Positions 59,651 through 64,000 of a stretch of 64,000 nt of DNA are shown piece after piece. Origin of the DNA: Bacteroidaceae bacterium (GTDB lineage Bacteria > Bacteroidota > Bacteroidia > Bacteroidales > Bacteroidaceae). Within the stretch, counting starts at the first letter, position 1; every line of letters starts with the position of its first letter. The translations under genes were made by a program, and so were the position numbers. The stretch covers positions 10,730 to 74,729 of the forward strand of contig JAFZFZ010000033.1 of assembly GCA_017557005.1 (NCBI GenBank), written 5' to 3'. The notes beneath the pieces are model-generated. The model did no database searches. It had not been told where the DNA came from and saw only the letters and a list, made by a program, of their open reading frames with translations.

Positions 59651-59746
59651 GGGTAAGCAATCTATATCGCGCCGCTACGACCTAATACCTTTGCTGCGAT
59701 CAAGCCCTGGAGGGTTCAAAGGGAGCTGGCCGTATAGGACTTACCC
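59651..59746 (-). ncRNA. Candidate structured ~96-nt RNA between a promoter box and tRNA-Thr (function unknown)
   Basis: The ends GGGTAAG and CTTACCC pair (7 bp). Internal CUAUA/UAUAG, CGGCC/GGC(G)CG and CCUUUG/CAAAGG helices can be drawn by hand. A TAACTTTG -7 box lies at 59759-59766, and the element ends 4 nt before the tRNA 5' end. Confidence 0.3.
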
Positions 59747-59964
59747 ATTTTGCGGGTGCAAAGTTAGTGCAAGGCGAGCGAAAAACCAAATTTTTATTAG
59801 AGTTTTTCCGAGCCGCAGTCTAATTTCTTTCTGTTGTATAGGAAAAAGGTATGACTTTTTACTTATGCAATATCTATAATAAATTCTGCCGGCGAATCGC
59901 TTCGGCGGCAGAAAAAGAAATGGCATTATCAGAAAAACAGAACAAGAAAGAGTTGTTATCTTCA

Positions 59965-61278
59965 TTAAAAGCTGAATTGTGTCATCACGCTTACACGCTG
60001 TGCCCAACGGCCCTCTCCGTTTGTGTTTTGGCGTTTACCGAGATTGTATTCGCCACCCACTTGTATACGGGGAGTGATGTTCCAAAATAGGTTGAGGGCG
60101 CTATACAGACCGTATCTGTATGTTGTGGGTGCTTGCTCATGTTCGGGGAGGTAACGTAGCTGTCCGAAGGTGAGTCCGGTGAATAGGTTGGGCGTGAAGT
60201 GGTATTGGGCGGCTCCATACCAACCGAATAGGCGTGGTGCATACATGGTGCCTGCTTTGTCGGGGTTGTCTATTAGGTCGTAGTTGCCCATCATGAGGTC
60301 GCCAGTGAGGCTGCTGATTCCACTGCCGTAGTTACCCATGAAATACAATGTGAGGGGTTTGAAGGGGCGCATCACAGAGCTTAGTTGTATTCCCCAGCCA
60401 ATCTCATTGCGATTTTCTGAGACTACGAGGTCGCGATAGGGTAGCACACGCATGATACCGGCCAAGCGTACATGTTGGTTGGGTGCCCATTCGTATTGGC
60501 TGAAGGCGGCAATGTTGGGAAACCAGTCGTTGATGGCTTGTGTGGTAGTGCCATTGGCTCCTACGAATGATTGGGGCATCTCCACCGAAGCGGCCATGAT
60601 CCAATCTTTACGTATGTTGTGCATCCAGCGCACGAGTACGGCAGTGGTGCTCACATAGGCGTTGGGACCTTGTCCGTCGACGAGAAGAGGTTCGGCCAAC
60701 GGGTCACTGAAGGTGGAGTGAGCATATCCGATGGTCCAGTCTTTGACCGTAGCATAGGCCTTCTTGAGCAAGAAATCGCGCTGGTTGTATCCGTCGTAGT
60801 TGGCCTCTATATAGAGTTGGTAGTCACCTATCTGCGCATTGTGACCCAGCACTCGGAAATAGAGTGCGGTACCGGCAGGTGTTGATCCGAGCCACTTTTC
60901 GCGTAACGGATTCTTTGGTATGGCTATGTTGTATGGGATGAATCCATTGTTGGGCATAGCTCCGTTCCAGTCGTACCAACCGCGCATGCGGACTACACCA
61001 CCTAAGCCCATCACGAAATTGGCGTCGCGACTCATGAAGAGGAAGTAGGGTGCACGCGGGTCTTGCGCGTTGCGGAACTGGTCGTAGTAGAAGATATCGA
61101 GCAGGGCACGTTCATCGCTTGGTGATGGTTTCTCGCCTTCGCCTAAGTATTCTATACGATGCGTGCTTTTGAGCGAGTCTATGTATTGCTCTACTCGCGT
61201 CTGAGGACGTTCTTGTGCTTGGGCCGATGCGATGGCTGCTGAGGTTAAGCCTACAAGAATAAAGGTCTTGGATTTCAT
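59965..61278 (-). CDS. Putative outer-membrane beta-barrel porin
   Basis: 437 aa with signal peptide 'MKSKTFILVGLTSAAIASAQA', alternating beta-strand pattern, and a C-terminal 'VSVMTQFSF' with terminal Phe. Confidence 0.55.
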   Translation of the reverse strand: MKSKTFILVGLTSAAIASAQAQERPQTRVEQYIDSLKSTHRIEYLGEGEKPSPSDERALLDIFYYDQFRNAQDPRAPYFLFMSRDANFVMGLGGVVRMRGWYDWNGAMPNNGFIPYNIAIPKNPLREKWLGSTPAGTALYFRVLGHNAQIGDYQLYIEANYDGYNQRDFLLKKAYATVKDWTIGYAHSTFSDPLAEPLLVDGQGPNAYVSTTAVLVRWMHNIRKDWIMAASVEMPQSFVGANGTTTQAINDWFPNIAAFSQYEWAPNQHVRLAGIMRVLPYRDLVVSENRNEIGWGIQLSSVMRPFKPLTLYFMGNYGSGISSLTGDLMMGNYDLIDNPDKAGTMYAPRLFGWYGAAQYHFTPNLFTGLTFGQLRYLPEHEQAPTTYRYGLYSALNLFWNITPRIQVGGEYNLGKRQNTNGEGRWAQRVSVMTQFSF

Positions 61279-61372
61279 ACATTATCTGCTTTTTCATTCA
61301 GACATTATAACATCCTGGCCAATGGAATGTTCAGTGTCTGCAGTAGTAAAAAGCAGATGAGGTGTACTCGCT

Positions 61373-62326
61373 CTATTGTTTTTCTTTGCGCTTCTTGTAG
61401 AGCTGGTATGAGTTGAATATGTTATGCCATACGCTATAGAATCCGCCAGCAATCGCTGTTATGGGTGTGAGGAAGGTGTAGGCCATCCAGATGGCAAATA
61501 CGGTATTCTTCTGTCCCATAGCCTGTCCGGCAGCTATATGGTCGCCCGATGGGTGTCCGAAGTAGCGGCCTACATAGAATTGTATCCAGCAGCATACGAG
61601 TGCGACGATGGCAATGCCGAGTAGGGTGATCACGGGTACGTGGCTATGTGCGATAGAGCGTGTGGTGACGCCAATAGCCATGGTGAGTGCCACGGTCCAT
61701 AGGTAGAAAGCCGTGTCGCCCGTGTTTTGTAGTCGTCGGGCAAGTCGTGGCATCGTGTAGCGGATGGTCCAAGCCAACATCAATGGGAATATCAGTGTGG
61801 GGAATACGCGACGTAGTACAAGCAAGAAGGTACTGATGAATGTCTGTCCCTCGTGCGGATTGACGAGTGGTACGATGATGGGGATGAATAGTGCTGCGGC
61901 GAGGTTGATAAGGAGTATGTAGCTGGTCAGGTGTGCCGCATTGCCGCCCAACTTGGCGCATACGACTGCTGCAGCACATGCCGTGGGGCAGATGAAGCAG
62001 ACCATGGCACTCTCGATAAGGAGGCGGCTCGCGGTGTGTGGAAAGAGTAGGAGTAGACCAGCCATCAAGGCAAAGAGTCCTACTTGGATCAATAGCAGCC
62101 ATACATGCCAACGGCAAGGCTTCAATTCTGAGGGACGAATCTTGCAGAAGGTGATAAACAGCATGCCGAAGATGAGCGCAGGTTGCAGGGTACCTATGAT
62201 ACGCTGCATGAGAGCGCCTGTACCTTCGGGGAGTGGTAGGGCTGCATATATGAGGTATGATATGACGCCCAACACCATTGATATGGGTAGCGCCCAGTTC
62301 TTGTAGAATCGTAGGAGAAATTTCAT
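61373..62326 (-). CDS. Polytopic transporter, bile acid:Na+ symporter (SBF-like) superfamily, tentative
   Basis: About 10 TM segments with 'CPTACAAAVVCAKLGGNA' and 'GQKNTVFAIWMA' motifs reminiscent of BASS/SBF-like proteins. The ORF track starts at TTG 62353; the ATG (MKFLL) is at 62326. Confidence 0.5.
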   Translation of the reverse strand: MKFLLRFYKNWALPISMVLGVISYLIYAALPLPEGTGALMQRIIGTLQPALIFGMLFITFCKIRPSELKPCRWHVWLLLIQVGLFALMAGLLLLFPHTASRLLIESAMVCFICPTACAAAVVCAKLGGNAAHLTSYILLINLAAALFIPIIVPLVNPHEGQTFISTFLLVLRRVFPTLIFPLMLAWTIRYTMPRLARRLQNTGDTAFYLWTVALTMAIGVTTRSIAHSHVPVITLLGIAIVALVCCWIQFYVGRYFGHPSGDHIAAGQAMGQKNTVFAIWMAYTFLTPITAIAGGFYSVWHNIFNSYQLYKKRKEKQ

Positions 62327-62572
62327 TGCTTTATTTAAGTTTCTCAAGTTCAACTTTCAGGAGATAGAGGAGTTAAAGGGAGATATCGCTTTGCGCTTGG
62401 GGAGTTAAATGCCAATAGTTTAGTACATCGCGTACAAACATTTGGCCTTTATCTCCTTTTATCTTCATTTTTTACATTTACTACCCGTTTTCGCGCCTGC
62501 GAAAGTTGAGTCATTAATATAAAGGTAAAGGCTGCATTTAGCGTGCAGCCTTTACTATGGATAGGGTTTTCT

Positions 62573-63472
62573 TTATACGAGGTGTGCTATGAGCTCTTCG
62601 CGGTCGCCATGCAGCATGTCGATGACAGGAATCTCAATCATGGTGTAGGCTCCCGGTTGTTGGCGCATGGTGGCACGAGCCACGTTCACAAGCACTTGGC
62701 TGGTAAGCGCGGGATTGTTGATGCGCATGTTGAACTCAAACAACTGGTTCTGTGTTACGCCTGATACGCCCTTGCGAGTGAGGTTTACACCATGACCCAT
62801 GTCCTTCAAATCGTCTACGCAAGGTACCTGCATTACGTGTGTCTCGTCGTTGACGAAGTAGGCATCAGCTTTGATGGCAGCAGCAACCTCATTGAAGTTG
62901 TATCCCTCCTTAAGTTCGATGTATACCATGCGGCGATGGATGCCTGTGCCCACGGGGATGGTCATTGAAAGAGCATCCTTCACTCCTTCAATGGCTTTTA
63001 CGGCTACGGTATGTCCCATGCTCATGCCAGGACCGAAGTTGGTGTAGCTGATACCTTTGGGAGCAAGGCTCTGCATCAAGGTGCGCACGATAGAGTCGCT
63101 TCCCGGATCCCAACCTGCCGAGATGATGGCCACGGTGCCATGTTCCTTGGCTGCAGCATCCAATGAACGGCGCAGGTCAACAATCTTGCTGTGAATATCG
63201 AAACTGTCCACCGTGTTGATACCCAATGACAGACACTCCAAAGCGTATTGCTCAACGCTACGTGTAGGGGTCGCAAGGATAGCTACATCTACATCGTTGA
63301 GTTCGCTGATGTGTTTCACTACGGTGTAGTCGCTGAGTTCGGCGGGTTTGTCGGCGTCTCCGCTGCGGCGTACTACGCCAGCCACCTCCATATCGGGTGC
63401 AGCCTCTAAAGCTTGCAATGCATATTTGCCAATGTTGCCATAACCAACAATGGCTACTCTAATTTTCTTCAT
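62573..63472 (-). CDS. ddh: meso-Diaminopimelate D-dehydrogenase
   Basis: 299 aa with '[14 protein letters not shown]' and 'GWDPGSDS', the typical size and motifs of Ddh in Bacteroidales. Confidence 0.88.
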   Translation of the reverse strand: MKKIRVAIVGYGNIGKYALQALEAAPDMEVAGVVRRSGDADKPAELSDYTVVKHISELNDVDVAILATPTRSVEQYALECLSLGINTVDSFDIHSKIVDLRRSLDAAAKEHGTVAIISAGWDPGSDSIVRTLMQSLAPKGISYTNFGPGMSMGHTVAVKAIEGVKDALSMTIPVGTGIHRRMVYIELKEGYNFNEVAAAIKADAYFVNDETHVMQVPCVDDLKDMGHGVNLTRKGVSGVTQNQLFEFNMRINNPALTSQVLVNVARATMRQQPGAYTMIEIPVIDMLHGDREELIAHLV

Positions 63473-63617
63473 TGATCAAATTGATAAAATGTTCTAAAAA
63501 ACGACACAAAAGTACGCAAAAAATATGAATAATAACATTCGCTTGCGGCAAAATGTTATCCTTGCTGGCAATTTGCCTGTTGTTTTGCTTCTCTGAAAGC
63601 GTTTGGGTAGGGGGTAT

Positions 63618-63683
63618 AAAAAAAGAAGGTCGTCATCTCGACGACCAATCTTCCAACTTTAAAAATCTAATACCATGAAAAAC
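63618..63683 (-). ncRNA. Candidate small RNA, copy 1 (promoter-to-terminator cassette)
   Basis: On the minus strand: -33 TTTG (63717-63720), a 19-nt spacer, -7 TACCTTTG (63690-63697), then about 65 nt ending in a GGTCGTC-N5-GACGACC hairpin plus TTCTTTTTTT. The only ORF inside is 5 codons long. Confidence 0.45.
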
Positions 63684-63894
63684 ACATTGCAAAGGTACGG
63701 CTTTTTTCTGTATCTGCAAACGATTTGTGATAAAAAAGTGTTTTTACGACACTTTTTAACACATTTTCTCGTGTTTTGCTATCTTGAGTGATGCTTTTTG
63801 GTGCTTTTTGTGGAAAATGTCTTTTTGAAGAGTGCAGCCTTGTGCTTGACGGCTCGTTGTTATCTGGTGTGATATATAATGCCTCGAGTGATTT

Positions 63895-63960
63895 AAAAAA
63901 AGAAGGTCGTCATCTCGACGACCAATCTTCCAACTTTAAAAATCTAATACCATGAAAAAC
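63895..63960 (-). ncRNA. Candidate small RNA, copy 2
   Basis: The same cassette lies 277 bp to the right, with its -7 box at 63967-63974. There is one substitution across the 80 nt from the T-run to the -7 box. Confidence 0.45.
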
Positions 63961-64000
63961 ACAGTGCAAAGGTACAGCTTATTTCTGAATCTGCAAGTGC

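Noticed and set aside
59651-59746. Could the structured element upstream of tRNA-Thr be SRP (4.5S) RNA or a second tRNA?
   Set aside because: It lacks the conserved domain IV sequence (GGUCC-GGAA-GGAAGCAGC-like motif with a GNRA loop) on either strand. It also lacks D-arm and T-arm (GGTTCGAATCC) signatures. I keep it only as an unknown structured RNA candidate.

Overview
This 64-kb chromosomal segment looks like a Bacteroidota genome, probably Prevotellaceae-like. The evidence is Bacteroides-type TAnnTTTG -7 promoter boxes in front of most genes, T9SS C-terminal sorting domains, a TonB-receptor/DUF4249 pair, and many glycoside hydrolases. I call about 46 protein genes at high coding density. 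Most are housekeeping: rarA, dinB, nfo, rho, mnmA, xseAB, pepT, ddh and menaquinone genes. There are also two separate histidine clusters, hisG-hisD::hisC and hisA-hisF-hisIE. Glycan-utilisation genes are interleaved with these: a GH29 fucosidase, a GH43-CBM6-esterase, a GH84 enzyme, fucI and a manC-like gene. Two giant repeat-rich T9SS cargo proteins and one tRNA-Thr(UGU) are also present. I see no integrase, transposase, CRISPR array, restriction gene or recognisable defence gene, and I cannot honestly name a clear-cut novel multi-gene system. The best second-look items are small-scale. (1) A duplicated promoter-to-terminator cassette at the right edge looks like a paralogous sRNA gene pair. 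(2) A His-codon leader peptide with a terminator/antiterminator sits in front of hisG. (3) A YtrA-type operon carries an ABC ATPase, three anciently diverged permease paralogs, a GntR regulator and a matching operator palindrome. (4) Four TCGCGA-centred palindromes are phased at exactly 22 bp. (5) Several short repeat families have been absorbed in frame into coding sequence: a 9-bp Ser-Glu-x array fusing hisD to hisC, another inside a Pif1-like helicase, GC-rich palindromes inside an ABC-F gene, and a 102-bp insertion with a 13-bp duplication splitting a lipoprotein signal peptide. (6) An in-frame TAG replaces the Walker-B glutamate of that ABC-F gene. (7) A 72-73-bp tandem duplication carries promoter boxes upstream of the GH43 gene. 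All functional calls come from reading motifs in the translations, since no database search was possible.
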